A DNA stretch of 59,435 bases, counting the filler, from Stramenopiles sp. TOSAG23-6 (Eukaryota): the NCBI GenBank assembly GCA_900128565.1. It is 3 parts of 3 records of this genome, joined end to end, with 100 filler letters (N's around TTAATTAATTAA, not from the genome) between each part and the next. Parts side by side here need not be neighbours in the genome. Positions count along the whole stretch, not along the records: positions 19,889 to 39,652 come from LT636047.1; positions 39,753 to 59,435 come from LT636048.1; 1 more part is not named here. One strand, 5' to 3'. This document shows positions 32,400 to 45,265 of the stretch, in pieces (within the stretch, counting starts at the first letter, position 1; each line of letters begins with the position of its first letter). The notes under the pieces are model-generated. The model saw only the letters and a list, made by a program, of their open reading frames with translations, made no database searches and was not told the origin of the DNA. The position numbers and the translations under genes are program-made.

Positions 32400-35300
32400 A
32401 TTTTCCATGAAAAGCAGTAGTATTTGGTGTGGGCACTTTCACAATATGAATGATTCAAGTGAACATTACAATAAGAGTAATGAATTATTTTAACACATAT
32501 TGAAAAGATTAGCTGTCATAGAGTGTTTTCAGGATAATCAAAATAAAAGAAATAATCAAGATGTACATGACAACAATTTATTAAAAAAATATATACCAAT
32601 TAATGTAATACAAAATTTTTCCCTTTTTTTTTTTGTCTGTATCTTTCAGCATACAGTTTACGACACATTCATTTGTTGAATCACTGTTGATCAAGTTCTT
32701 CCTGTATTGTCTAAAAATATTTAAAAAAACATCAAGTTTGTCCAAAACTGCTTTTAGAGTGTATCCAACATTGTTTATTGAAGTAATCCAGGGAGTCTCA
32801 ACACATTGATTACATTTATACACAATAGATGGTTGATTTGTTTTGTCACCAGTGGAACCATATTCTCCATCTAAAATCATTGATTTGACCTGTATTCCTA
32901 TCTTTGACATGAATGAGTCGGAGAAAGGACAGTTAACCTGTTGAAATATGTTTTTTGGGAGATACTTTTCACCAGAAGATGATATTCGAATTGATGATGA
33001 AGTAGTATTCTTCATAATTTTTGTATAATTATAATTAGTAAAATTCAAAACTAACACAATGTGGAAAGCTTTTTCATTTTCATTAAGTCGGAGAGATTTT
33101 ACATCTAACACATTACTTTGAACAACATTGTTTAACAGTTCATTATCTCCTTTGTAAACCATGTTTTTTGCAGAGCTACTTGTATAAGCATCACCAAGAG
33201 GTAATTCTTTATTCTTTTCTAACCAATCTGCAGTTTCATTATTAAATTCTGTTCTATTTTCTGCCATAGATTTATTAAACCCATTTTCTTTCAAATATTC
33301 CAGAGTTGAGGCTTTTTTTCCTGATAAATCAATATCTTTACCCTTATATACTTTAAAGGTATCATTTGTTAGATCAATGGTACCAAATTTAGTGGTAGTT
33401 TTTCTAGTAGGTGTGAGTGGTTTATAGGTGGATCAGAGTGCTTGTCTCAAATTTGTGGAGTAAATGCTTGAACTGTGGTTGTTGTTGGGTTAGGGTTGTT
33501 TCCAAATGGTTTTTTTGTTGTTTTAATTTTGTAACATTTATTTCTAGTTGGTGAATCTTATGATTAAGATTATCATTTTGTAATTTGCTTCAATGTTCAG
33601 TTGTTTCTTTTTTGCAACTATTTCCTGATATGATAGTCTTGGCTTAATACTAGCCAATTTCTTTAAGTTTTCAATTTCGGCTTCACTCCAATTAACATGT
33701 CTCTTCTTAGACATAATGGGAAAAAATGAAGAAAATACAAATATTGTACTACAATATTGAATATCTTTACTCCAACCAAATGAACTTTAACTTCACCATC
33801 TTCATCTTGTCCAATTACACCTGATGCATGTGTTATATAGATTGGAAGGGTTTTTGTAGTCTCATCACCTTTCATTAAGTGTTCAATATCATCTATTGTT
33901 CTTGGTGTCCAGACTGTTTGTGATTCAGTTTGTCTTTCGATTAGTTATGTAAGCAATTAATAATACTTACTTCTTTCTCTTTTGGTATTCTTTTTTTCTT
34001 GCAAAATTTTTTTTTTCCATTACAATTTTTATGATTTTCATCTAAATTCCCATAGAACATTAAATGTTGAGGCCCAATACTTTCTTTTGCAGCAACATAC
34101 CCAACTATCTTATTATCAGAATCATGGAATTTAATTTTGTTTGTTTTTTGGTTTTCTTGAACCCTAACATTCACAATCATTTTATTTTGTGAGGAGTTAC
34201 TTTTATGTCTCTTAGAAACTGGTGAATATCGACCTTCATGCTTAAAACAATTATCTTCAATCGATGAAATCAAAGAATGTTGGTCTGAACCATTGGCAAA
34301 CGACGAAATCGAATGTAACGAATTTGACAAATTCGAAAGACCTCTTTGGCGTGGATGATTACCATGCGACGAATTTTTATGTCTCTTAGAAACTGGTGAA
34401 TATCAACCTTCATGCTTAAAACAATTATCTTCAATCGACGAAATCAAAGAATGTTGGTCTGAACCATTGGCAAACGACGAAATCGAATGTAACAAATTTG
34501 ACGAATTCGAAAGACCTCTTTGGCGTGGACGATTACCATGCGACGAATTTTTATGTCTCTTAGAAACTGGCGAATGTTGACCTTCATGCTCAAAACAATT
34601 GTCTTCACTCGACCACTTTGATCAGCGCAATACTCCTTATTCTTAGTTGTGCTCAATGCAGTTATACCACTTGGAGTTGTGAGACCTTCCAGGTGTCTAT
34701 CTGGGTCATCTGGCCCATAGTAATAGGGGCTCTGTCCAATGAGTTTGAATATCTTTTGGTTACTTTGCTACTTGACCTTCGTGATGATTTATCTCTTCAA
34801 TGTAACGCACTCTTTTTGTTTTTTTATAGGGAAAAGTTGAACTTGATGGGTCTGAGATTCTGTCTTCATGGGTGGCCACAAAGTTTAATTTTTTGCTGAG
34901 GTTGGTCAGCTTGAACTCCAGTTTCATTTTTGTTGCCAATTAGATTTCAATGATGAATTAGATTTCAATGATGAATTAGATTTCAATGTTGAATTCACAG
35001 ATTCAAGTGCACTTCCAATTTTATATGTGACACCATTATTACCTAACCTTTTCATGATCTCATACTGTTCAGGGAATTCTTGTTCAAGTGCATTTTGGTA
35101 TTGAGAGATGATATGTTTTGGTTCACCAACTTCTGAGACTAAATCTTTGCAATCTTTTGAATCTTGTTTTGATAATGCGCTTGCAAGACATCAATGAATA
35201 GTTAGTGGGTTCAGTGGATCACTTCTTTGGATGTGTGTTGCCATCCATGGATCTGGTACAATCTGTGCTACTAAACATCTTATGTGGATGGAAAAATGTG

Positions 35301-35650
35301 GTCTCATAACAAGGAATATTCACCAGCATTTTCATTGCATCTGATAATAGAATCCTCTGATGATGTTTGTAGTTTTTGCAACAGCAGTCCCACCCATTAC
35401 AAAATTGTACAAAATTGAGAGGAGTGGTCAGTCTTTATTTATGCACATTTCAACAACACCAAACTACTATATACAGGAGTATCCATAGTGGTTACTAACT
35501 ACCATTGTGGTATACATGATGCCATTGTGGCATCAGTGTATATATCAAGAATGATGAAGTTGTGTTGTGTACTTTGTTCTATTGATTAACACCAGGAGTT
35601 TTTGCAATAGAGTGTAGAGCTCTACAGAGAGAAAATTAATTGTGTTTTAC
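32400..35650 (-). pseudogene. Decayed, CpG-depleted coding region broken into ORF fragments; element of unknown type
   Basis: Co-oriented minus-strand fragments (32581-33294, 33663-33875, 33941-34330) interrupted by stops and frameshifts; very few CpG outside the tandem repeat. Confidence 0.5.
34201..34607. repeat. 174-bp tandem repeat, about 2.3 copies
   Basis: TTTTATGTCTCTTAGAAACTGG starts at 34201, 34375 and 34549. Confidence 0.95.
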
Positions 35651-35851
35651 AAAAAATTTCCTTGTTTGCTTGAATTTGCTACTATTTTTCATTTTTTTTG
35701 GAATCAAGAGCAGGTTTGTTACTTAAATGAGTCAGCGTCAACAAACGACTCGTTCATATCAACAACAAGTACACTATAGTCAAAACTAGAACTACAATAA
35801 ACTAGCATTGTGTCAATATCTCTAGCATATACGATTTAAGTAAGGGTGACA

Positions 35852-37126
35852 ATGCCAGTTCAACGCACTGAAGCAGAGCTTGAGGCTCGTCGTCAACGAC
35901 GTAAGCGAGAAAAGGCGAGAAAGAAGGCCATTAAGCGTCTTCGTTCAGGTCATCGTGTTGGGAATACAAAGTTGTTCCAGAAAAAGTCTGCTGATAAAGA
36001 CGCCAATACTCCTTCCTATGAGTCCAATAATAGAAGCAATACGCCTGCTATACAAAGTCAAGTAGATGTTATTGAACCGAAACAAAAGAAACAACGTATT
36101 GTTGAAGGTGCGACTACAGGTGCGTCCAATCGACCTAGTTGGATGGGAGTTCCGACTACTGGTACTTCAAAGCCAGACTTTCAGTCCCACATTAATGACG
36201 TCGTCGATGCCCAAAGTGATACAAAATCTAGTAGTAGTGAAACAAGTGACAATTCCACCACGGTACATGTTGCTGGAATTCCATATACAGCAACACAGGA
36301 TAATATTTCTGATCATTTTGAAGCACATGATTGTGTTATAGATTCCATACGCATGTGTATGCACTCCAAGGATAGTTCACAAGGTCGTACTTTTAAAGGA
36401 GTTGCATTTGTTAAACTATCTACAGAAGAAGATTATCAACGAGCTTTATCAATCCATGGACGACCAATGTTAGGACGTGTTTTGTCTGTTCGCCCTACTG
36501 TGAGTCCCATGACTTTATCAGCTATTGTTGCGGCACGTAGTGAAAAAGTAGCAAAGAAGAAGAGTGAAACGGCCGATGAAGCTCGTTTACGCAAAGGTAA
36601 ACATGTATTTCAGAAAAAGACTTGTAATGATTTCCAAAAGCCTGCTGGTTTTCTTAGGGATTCGCACTGTAAACCATCTTCTGGTACCATTTCTGGTACA
36701 ACATCTGGTACCATTTCTGGTACAACATCTGGTACCATTTCTGGTACAACGTCTGGTGCCAATAAGAGTAGCAAAAGACAAAAAAATACTACAAAAACAG
36801 TACAGGTTGAAAAGGTAAAAAATATGACGAGTAAGAGCAAATGTTATAATTGTGGAGAGAAAGGTCATCGATGTTTTGAATGTCCGAAACCTCGGTTTGA
36901 TAAAAATGGTGAAGTCATTAAGGCAATGACTTCAAAAAATACAACAAAAAATAGTAACGAAAAGTGTACCAAAAAAGACGTAAAGCCTGTAGTAGTAAAG
37001 AAGAAGGTTGTTGTAGGTCGTGTTGGAGCTCGTAGTAAGACTCAGAAACGTAATGAAAGAAGAGCAAGAGCTGCTCTGAAAAGAAAACAAAATGCTCAAA
37101 CTACTCAAAATGCTTCTACGTCTTGA
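35852..37126 (+). CDS. RRM plus CCHC zinc-knuckle RNA-binding protein
   Basis: RNP2 VHVAGIP, RNP1 KGVAFVKL, knuckle CYNCGEKGHRCFEC; SGTISGTT 24-bp repeats at ~36679-36760. Confidence 0.85.
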   Translation: MPVQRTEAELEARRQRRKREKARKKAIKRLRSGHRVGNTKLFQKKSADKDANTPSYESNNRSNTPAIQSQVDVIEPKQKKQRIVEGATTGASNRPSWMGVPTTGTSKPDFQSHINDVVDAQSDTKSSSSETSDNSTTVHVAGIPYTATQDNISDHFEAHDCVIDSIRMCMHSKDSSQGRTFKGVAFVKLSTEEDYQRALSIHGRPMLGRVLSVRPTVSPMTLSAIVAARSEKVAKKKSETADEARLRKGKHVFQKKTCNDFQKPAGFLRDSHCKPSSGTISGTTSGTISGTTSGTISGTTSGANKSSKRQKNTTKTVQVEKVKNMTSKSKCYNCGEKGHRCFECPKPRFDKNGEVIKAMTSKNTTKNSNEKCTKKDVKPVVVKKKVVVGRVGARSKTQKRNERRARAALKRKQNAQTTQNASTS

Positions 37127-37258
37127 ATTTTTTTTATAGTTGTACACAAAATGTTACCATCAATATAACAATATAAATGATAAAAAAGTAAAATACTGAT
37201 ATCCACAGTTTATTTTGTATTTTGTATTTTGTATCACGGTAATACTAAAAAATCTAAG

Positions 37259-38554
37259 CTAATCGCCCTTATTATCTTTCTCGCCATCATAATATTCATT
37301 TACATCTTGTCGTTTTTCAGCCATTTCTTCTGCACTTGGACGTTTATCCGGATTACGATTATCACGTTTCAACCCTGCACTTTCACCAATTAGACATTCT
37401 GGTGGTGTCTCTTGTCGTTGTACACCAGGAGCAGAACGTAAAACTCGAAGATTATCAAGTAAAATGGAACGATATTTTTCGAGATATTCTCGTGTATTCT
37501 TATTTTCAATTGCTGATGGTTTTAAATGCAATCCATAACCAGGAGCATAGTACTCAAAATAATCATTGTATGGTATTGCATCATTTACATCTTCACCAAG
37601 TAGAACTGATGTTTCGAATGCCCAACAACGGGCAACATTCCTAATAGTATAACCTCCACCGCCAAGGACCATCAGAGGCACATTGAAGCTCTTTACATAT
37701 TTTACACACTCTGCATGACCTTTCAAAGTAAGATTGAAGCAACCTAATCTATCGCCTGTAAGGGAATCAGCACCACATTGTAGCACTATCGCGCCAGGCT
37801 TAAATACTTCCATAACTCTAGCAATAATTGGTTTAAAAATCGTTTCATAACTTTCGTCTGTTATTCCTTCCATTAGTGGGAAATTTATAGAATAATATTT
37901 CCCACTTTTTGCACCTACATCTTTCGCATCTCCAGTTCCAGGGAAAAAATCACCAAATTTATGAAAGGAGACCGTCATAACGCGATCAGTAATATAGAAC
38001 GCTTCCTCGACTCCATCACCGTGGTGGATATCTATATCTATATATAAAACTCGTGCGTGATATTTAAGCAATTCAAGAATTGCAAGCACAATATCATTTA
38101 CGTAACAAAAACCAGACGCTTCACTTTTTTTAGCATGATGTAATCCTCCAGACCAATTTATACATATATCTGCTAATCCGTGATTTAGTTTCACGGCGGC
38201 GTCGAGCGAGGCACCAGTATACATTTGACAAAATTCATACAACCCGTCAAACAATGGACAATCAGTAAACTCACCGATATTGAATCGCTGCAGCTGCGTT
38301 GAATATTTTTTCTCAATATCTGGAGTCACACGACGCAGAAATTCAATGTACTCTGGTGTGTGAAATGCTTCCATATCTGCAGCAGTAGCTATACGAGGTC
38401 GGTAGCACTCCATTTTACGATACAAACCATAATTAAGCACCAAGTGATGCGTCAACTTAAGACGGTGGGGTTTCATTGGATGACCCGGCCCATAATAAAA
38501 GTGGCCAACATCCCCCTGGTAAAAATAAGCTACACGCTTCTTACTACCAGTCAT
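37259..38554 (-). CDS. Class I histone deacetylase (RPD3/HDAC1-3 family); intronless
   Basis: [59 protein letters not shown]. Confidence 0.96.
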   Translation of the reverse strand: MTGSKKRVAYFYQGDVGHFYYGPGHPMKPHRLKLTHHLVLNYGLYRKMECYRPRIATAADMEAFHTPEYIEFLRRVTPDIEKKYSTQLQRFNIGEFTDCPLFDGLYEFCQMYTGASLDAAVKLNHGLADICINWSGGLHHAKKSEASGFCYVNDIVLAILELLKYHARVLYIDIDIHHGDGVEEAFYITDRVMTVSFHKFGDFFPGTGDAKDVGAKSGKYYSINFPLMEGITDESYETIFKPIIARVMEVFKPGAIVLQCGADSLTGDRLGCFNLTLKGHAECVKYVKSFNVPLMVLGGGGYTIRNVARCWAFETSVLLGEDVNDAIPYNDYFEYYAPGYGLHLKPSAIENKNTREYLEKYRSILLDNLRVLRSAPGVQRQETPPECLIGESAGLKRDNRNPDKRPSAEEMAEKRQDVNEYYDGEKDNKGD

Positions 38555-38878
38555 GTCAGCAACAATGCCTCAAAGCAATGAGGAATTTCAGAGGGAATAT
38601 TTCAGGGAGGAAAGAGTCGTCGTCATCCGCGCGAGTCGAATTTTCAATTCATCAAATTTTTTTTCAATTTTTTTTCAATTTTTGATTCAACATTGATTTT
38701 TCAGATTTCGTGTTTAGTTGGCCGGTCAATCAAATCTATGATTGAATTCTTTGAAGTTCGAAGTTCGAACCATTCAATTCATTTGTTTGACATAAAATTT
38801 TGACAAAAGACTACGTTCTTACAGTATTTTATTCTTTTGATTATCACTTCTGCAAACACATAAAAGCAAGAAAAGGTA

Positions 38879-39593
38879 ATGTTAACTTCAATCATACAAG
38901 TTTTTGTTTCGTCATGTCTTCTAATATCTTTAGCTGCTAGCGATGTTCAAAGTTCAAGTGGATCTCAGGTCGTTGGAGGAAATCAAATAATGGAACATCG
39001 ACTCTGCGATCCAAAAAAGAAGGATGTTTTTAATTTTTTAAATTTTAAAATATCTAATGTTGTCCCTGGTGAAGATATTCATGTAACTGCTCAAGGCAAA
39101 TCTGATGAATCGAATCCTGTCATTTATGGTCCGAAAAAACAATGGCCAGGAGGTAAACGCAAGTTTGGAAGTCGTATTCAATTTAGTGCTCTTTTCATGG
39201 GCGTACCCGTGACTGAAGATTTGTTCCACTTGTGCCATGAAGACTTTCGGGACTCTTCAAATGATAAGTGGTGGGTAAGACAAAGCTGTCCTGTACATCC
39301 AGGTGATCCCATGGATATTTCAATTAGATATCCTATTCCCATGATTGCACAATATTTGACTGGATTTACTGTCTCTGCAAGGGTTAAATTATTTGATGAT
39401 GATAAAACAGAGTTAGCGTGTTATGAATTAGACATCAAAATTGGTCAAGCAAAGACGTCGAGTAAAATTGGAATGTTTACAGGTATTGCACAAATGTTAA
39501 AGAATGCTGGAGCTGGAGCCATGCAAATGGCTGATATTATGTCAAAAGTTGCATCCACTAAAAAAAAACAAAAAACAATTGAAGTTCCAAAAT
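38879..39593 (+). CDS. Secreted ML-domain (MD-2/NPC2-like lipid-binding) protein; 3'-partial, ending at a probable donor AT|GTATTT
   Basis: Signal peptide; SCPVHPGD...YPIP...ARVKLFDDDKTELACYE matches the ML-domain pattern. Confidence 0.7.
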
Positions 39594-39620
39594 GTATTTT
39601 TTTTACCCTACATGATGATT

Positions 39621-39652
<32 letters not shown>

Positions 39653-39752
39653 NNNNNNNNNNNNNNNNNNNNNNNNNNNNNNNNNNNNNNNNNNNNTTAA
39701 TTAATTAANNNNNNNNNNNNNNNNNNNNNNNNNNNNNNNNNNNNNNNNNNNN
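39653..39752. other. Artificial contig spacer
   Basis: 100-nt N block with TTAATTAATTAA. Confidence 0.98.
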
Positions 39753-39830
39753 TCGATTTTTTTTTTCGTACGAAATTTTGTACCTAACAAATTTAAGTAT
39801 TTTTTTTTGAAATATTTTTACAAAACACAT

Positions 39831-39935
39831 GACTTAGCTGTAGAGCAAGACTACCACGAAGCGGCACATCTCATACAAAATCAATCAAATAGAAATGAAA
39901 AACATTCTTCAAGGCAATATAGAAGTCGCTTATAG
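39831..39935 (+). CDS. Terminal exon of a probable ankyrin-repeat protein (mirror 59253-59357, -)
   Basis: Follows an intron 3' end CGTACGAAATTTTGTACCTAAC...CAAAACACAT|; reads DLAVEQDYHEAAHLIQ...*. Confidence 0.45.
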   Translation, partial: DLAVEQDYHEAAHLIQNQSNRNEKHSSRQYRSRL

Positions 39936-40033
39936 TTAGTATATACATAAAATATTCTACCAAAAGTTATATAAATTTGTTTTATTTTTTTTTTAGATAT
40001 TTCGTATTTTTTTTAGTTAGGGTTAGGGTTAGT

Positions 40034-43000
40034 TTATCCCAACCAGGGTGATAAAGTTCTACAAAATGATTCACTGCCATTTTCTTTGAATGTTTCTGTT
40101 AAAACTTCATATCTAATTTGCAACAATCGAAACACAGCGGCAGAGCGTTGTAACTGTTCAACACTTGCATTAGGCCCTTGCTTATCCGGATGGCAAATAC
40201 GTAGAGCAAATTGATAGCCACATATATTGTGAAAAAAAAAAATTTTACCAAAAAAAAAAAATCGTTAGGTACGAAATTTCGTACGAAAAAAAAAAATTTA
40301 AAAAAAAATTAGAAATTCATATAAAATGTACGCCGAATGTCACGAAGTGTGACGAGTTCCCCAACCTCTGGACCTTTAAAGTGAATTTGTTTTCCTTGAT
40401 TTTGTAAAGCATAAAATATGAACAAATAAATAAAAAATAATTTTACAAAATTTTGTATGAAAAAAAAATTAAAATTCATGAGAGAGATTTTGTATGAAAA
40501 AAAATAAATTCAAATTCATTAGGTACAAAATTTTGTATGAAAAAAATAAATTAAAATCTATGAGAGAGTGACATACAGAAAAACCAAATATAGGAATATG
40601 GATATTTTCGATAAGGGATAGAAAATCAAGCCCAGAAGACCAAAGTCGAATTTTATCATCTATTGTTTGTGTATTATCATTTGAAGAAGAATTGTACATA
40701 TATTGTGAAATTTTTTTTTTGTAAAATTTGTTAGGTACAAAATTTCGTACGAAAAAAAAATTCGATTTTTCTGTAAAAAAAAAAATAAAACGTACAACGT
40801 TGCACTAGAACATTGACGAGTTTGAGAAGTATCATTATTTGTTTCCTGTTTGTTTTGCTTTGGTATCTTTGTTTTAAAATCAACTGTCTCATCATCAACA
40901 ACATCATCATCATTAATCTTTGTTGTACAATTAACTGTATCATCATCATCAACAATATCGCTCGGATTCTTCTTATTAAGTTTTGTATTACTCACTGCAG
41001 CTTGTAGCAATAGCTGTTCGAATTCGGATTTTCGCCTTTCAAAAATTTCTCTTCCATATTCAGAAATAATACTATTTTTTAACATTCGTGCTTGTGATTC
41101 TAATGATATTCCTTTATTTGATGACGTTTGAATAATAACTTTCACACGTGTTATGACATCACCACCATTTGAATGATTTGATTTTCCTAGATTTTCGTGT
41201 TTTTGATTTCTTTTGTGTATTTTTTTCTGAATTTTTTCATTTTGATTATTTTGATTATTTTGATTCTTATCTAATCTTACCTCACTATTTTGTATATTTT
41301 GTGTATTTTCTTTGATAGAATCATTTATAATTGAATCATCATCCAAGAAAACAGTATCCTCTTGCCCATGTTCATCATCATTATTACATTTAAGTTTTTG
41401 TTGATTTGAGTTAGGGTTAGGGTTTGAGTTAGGGTTTGTCGAACATTCTTTTGTATACATTAAATCTTTCTCTGCAGCTTCACGCAAGCGAATGACACCT
41501 CTCGCACTTCGACGTTTTGCCATACCTCTATATCCAGCTGAAATTTTTTTATGTCTTCTTCTTGGTTGTTTTTGATCTAAAACAAAAGAAATGTTTTTCA
41601 TTTTTGAAGCTTTGTTTTTAGTTTTTTTAACATTTTTTTGTTTTTTTAGTTTTTTTAATTGTTTTAGTTTTGCTTTATTTACAGACTCTAAACTATTCAG
41701 TGACGTATTTGAAGATATATCTGAAGATACAGTTGAAGATGTACTTAAAGACTCTTTACAAGTCTTGACAGTTTCATTCATTGCAGAGAGCCATGGATTA
41801 TGAAAAAATATTTCAAAAAAAAAAAACTAAAATTTGTTAGGTACAAAATTTCGTACGAAATAAAAATAAATTTAAAATTGAAATGAAAAGGTACACTCTG
41901 CAACGCGTAACGGCTCTCTACTAGGATTCATCTCATCGATATAAATATCGCTATTTATATCTGTACTATCATTAGGTACACGAAAATGATAAACTTTGGG
42001 AGGAAGTCTCAAATCATAAAAGGAAATTTCTGGTCGATGAATTTTTGGAAAATATTAAAAAAAAAATTGATTTTTTTTGTTAGGTACAAAATTTCGTATG
42101 AAAAAAAAACAAAATGAAATTGATTATGAAAATGTACATTTCCATTCTCAATTGTACTATATGCATAACTAATATTTTTACAGTGTTTGAGATCCATCCA
42201 ACCACGTAAAATTTGCATTTTTTCATTCGTGAAATATAACAGAGTACTCGACTCTAATAAAACAGCATATCGACGCTTCCATTCGGATGTATTGTGAATT
42301 TGTTTTTTTTCAAAATTTGAAATTTTTTTCTTAGGTACAAAATTTCGTATGAAAAAAAAATTGAAATTCAATTTTGAAAACGTACATCGTAAACCGAATA
42401 ATCTTTGTCTGAAGCTTCCTGACTCTCCCATCAGAGTTTCTCGAATACTTTTCAGAGATTCTTCCAACGGTGTTTTCTGCTTTCTAGGTGAAGGATTTGT
42501 AGTCGACCCAATTTGCTTGCATGTACTACTTGATAAATTACCTTTACCACCAGCAGATGATGAAGAAGATGATGAAGAAGGTGAAGAAACACGATTGAGA
42601 TTAGTATCCTGAGATATTTTTCCAGGGAAAATTCCATCATTTTCTCCAAGCCCAGCTACACTTCCGATTTTACAACTGAACTTTTCGATCCATCCTTCTT
42701 TGATAACGGACTTAAAAGGGATTATTCGAGCAAGGGCAGCAGAAAATTTTGGTTCCTGTTCAGGAGATACAAACTTCATTTGCCATACTTGCTCCCGGGT
42801 AACAAGCACTAGCATTCGGTTGTCATTAGCATTTTTCTCTATTGCAATCCTGGAAAAACAACAAAATTCGCTTAGTTTTATAATGTCTTTGATTGGTCCA
42901 TCTGGAGAAACTCTGTATACTAGAACGGATGTAACATTATCAACAGAACCAAAAGGAATCTTGGAATATATCTCAAAATAACGTCGAGTCCAGTTTCTTT

Positions 43001-43094
43001 GCACTTTAGACTTTAACAACCAACCACTCCACAGACAAACTTGGTCAACAAGATATTCGTCTACTTTACTTAGATGAGAATTGGACGCTCCCAT
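40034..43094 (-). CDS. Mirror copy of the PH-PH-auxilin-like J-domain gene (introns 42287-42385, 42037-42137, 41793-41894, 40698-40795, 40411-40576, 40222-40331)
   Basis: Reverse complement of 56094-59154. Confidence 0.75.
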
Positions 43095-43366
43095 AATTCG
43101 GAGTATTTCTATAGCATTACAAGCATTCTTTGAGAAGTAAACACACTCTTTTAGAGTATTTTTAGCGTCTCTTTTAGAGTGTGGGCCAATCAATCAACTC
43201 AAAAAGTTCAAAACAAAAAAACCATTTGATTTAGCCTTTGCGTTTGGTTTGTGTCTCTCTTTTCGAGTTGGCCACACTTCGTCCTCTCTTATTTTACTAT
43301 TACAAATAAGATAAACATAATATTCGTTAATTTATGGTTCTGAATTGCTGCATACTAGTCTGAATA

Positions 43367-44180
43367 ATGAATATCTGGCTATTTAGCATTCTTGCATTAT
43401 CTATAGTCTACTGTATTAGTGGTGCTGATGTAATTCAAAGAGAAAGTGGTATATATTTTATTCATAAAACTAGAATTGATACTCTTTTACAAATTGCCGA
43501 GGACGGATACAAACTACGTTCTCCAGATAATAGAAAGGTGAAAGAACATTATTGCTTTGGAGGTGGAGTTTATTTTTCACCAATGTTTTTCCAAGAAACT
43601 ACGCTTCATTCAGTGATAATTGATGAAGTACTCATCATTATTTCAGGTGNCATAANAGAAAAANCATACNGATAGTTTTTTCATCAACCCACAGAAACAA
43701 TTCGGAAAAATTGGGCGAAATTCACTTGTTGCAAATATATCTACCATAACAACAAATGATAAAACTAGTGAAGTAATGGCAATGATAATGGATGGTGGAA
43801 ATAAGTGCTGTTGGGTCCATTCTGTAGGCTATCTCGAGGAGTGGAAAATGAACAAAGCTGGTGTATATGTATCCACTGATTCAGTTAACTCTTGTACCGT
43901 TGGTGATTGTGACACCAAAGCAATGGTAAATAGATTTCCAAATCGTAACCCTTTCATTACAAATTGGGATGGCGAAGCTGTCTTTCAACATGAAATCAAT
44001 TTAACTGTTCCACAAAATGTTGAAATTCTTTTTGTCTCAGAAAAAGTGAAAGAAAAAATTGTGTCTAATTTGATGCGAAAACCTGTACCTCAAAATATTA
44101 TATTTGGTACAATGGAACGAGTATTGATTCCTGGATATATGGGTGTTTATTCAGAAGAAAGTATGGATTCGAAGTTGTGA
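43367..44180 (+). CDS. Uncharacterised secreted protein; frame broken by an N-containing low-quality patch at ~43650-43670
   Basis: Signal peptide MNIWLFSILALSIVYCISG; two consecutive ORFs (43367-43675 and 43776-44180). Confidence 0.5.
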
Positions 44181-44599
44181 CTTTCTCTGGTTATTGCTTG
44201 TTTTTGTTACGATTTTTAAAACGTTTTTTGTTACGATTTTTAAAATGAGCCTGAGAGATCTACCCTAACCTAACCCTAAACCTCCAATTCTGTGAAGCTA
44301 TAATCAATGGGGTAACTTCGCTCCTTGTTCGACTCGTCAGAGCCTTATTGGCATCAATTCCATCTGTATCGCTGTAATCAGTAGTTGAACTACTTCTTAA
44401 TGACATGGTGTGAAGCAAAATACAATGCATAATTTTACTAAAATACCCCCAACCCTAGCTAGAAAAAAAAAATTGTCGTTAATTTTTCTGCACTGGCTGC
44501 GGCAGATGCACAGCTTTGCTCTCTGCGTGCTGGGTAAATTTAAAAAACTTTTAAAGACGTAAGAGGTTTTCTTATCAAAGGGATTGTATATTTTTTAAA

Positions 44600-45265
44600 A
44601 TGAGTTCAAATGATTGGGATACACGAATGATGGGACAGAAACTTGGAGCACGGCTGAGACGAGTGGCTACAAAGTTCAGCTCAGAAGTTGAAAACCAGCC
44701 AATCCTCAGACAAGTTGAGCAAAGTTCTGGAGTCTCAAAAGGCAGATTCGTCCTTGCTGTGTCTGTATGTTTATGTGTTTTAATTTTCCTAATGACTGGT
44801 GCTGATACATTCCTTCATCTTGTCTACGTTGCTGTTGTTTTGCCTTTCCCCTTATTGGAATCATTCAGATCTATTAGTGCAATTGAGGAGAAATCTACAC
44901 AGACAGAGTGGCTTGTGTATTGGTTCATCTTTGCCTTCACAGAGTTACTTGGGGACGTAATTTGCCTTGTTTCTACTGCTATAGTAGGTCCAACCGCGAG
45001 TATGTTGTTTGGAAGTACATATCAAATGATTCGATTCTTAGTTTTGTTTATTTATTTGGTTGCCGACGATGATTTAAGAGAGGGTTTGTTTCTTCGTGGC
45101 CTTAGAATATTACACAAGAGTTTATTCAATTCTTCCGTAGCTTACACTCGCGTTAGCGCTGATAGTGTGAGTGCAATGGAGGGAGGATTGCCAACTACAT
45201 CAAATCCTCCAGCTGTAGAAGAAGAATCCAAAGATCAAACATTTGAGTCATCCATTTACAAGTAA
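44600..45265 (+). CDS. TB2/DP1/HVA22 (REEP/Yop1) family membrane protein
   Basis: Hydrophobic hairpins; P..ESFRSI...QTEWLVYWFIFA. Confidence 0.75.
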   Translation: MSSNDWDTRMMGQKLGARLRRVATKFSSEVENQPILRQVEQSSGVSKGRFVLAVSVCLCVLIFLMTGADTFLHLVYVAVVLPFPLLESFRSISAIEEKSTQTEWLVYWFIFAFTELLGDVICLVSTAIVGPTASMLFGSTYQMIRFLVLFIYLVADDDLREGLFLRGLRILHKSLFNSSVAYTRVSADSVSAMEGGLPTTSNPPAVEEESKDQTFESSIYK

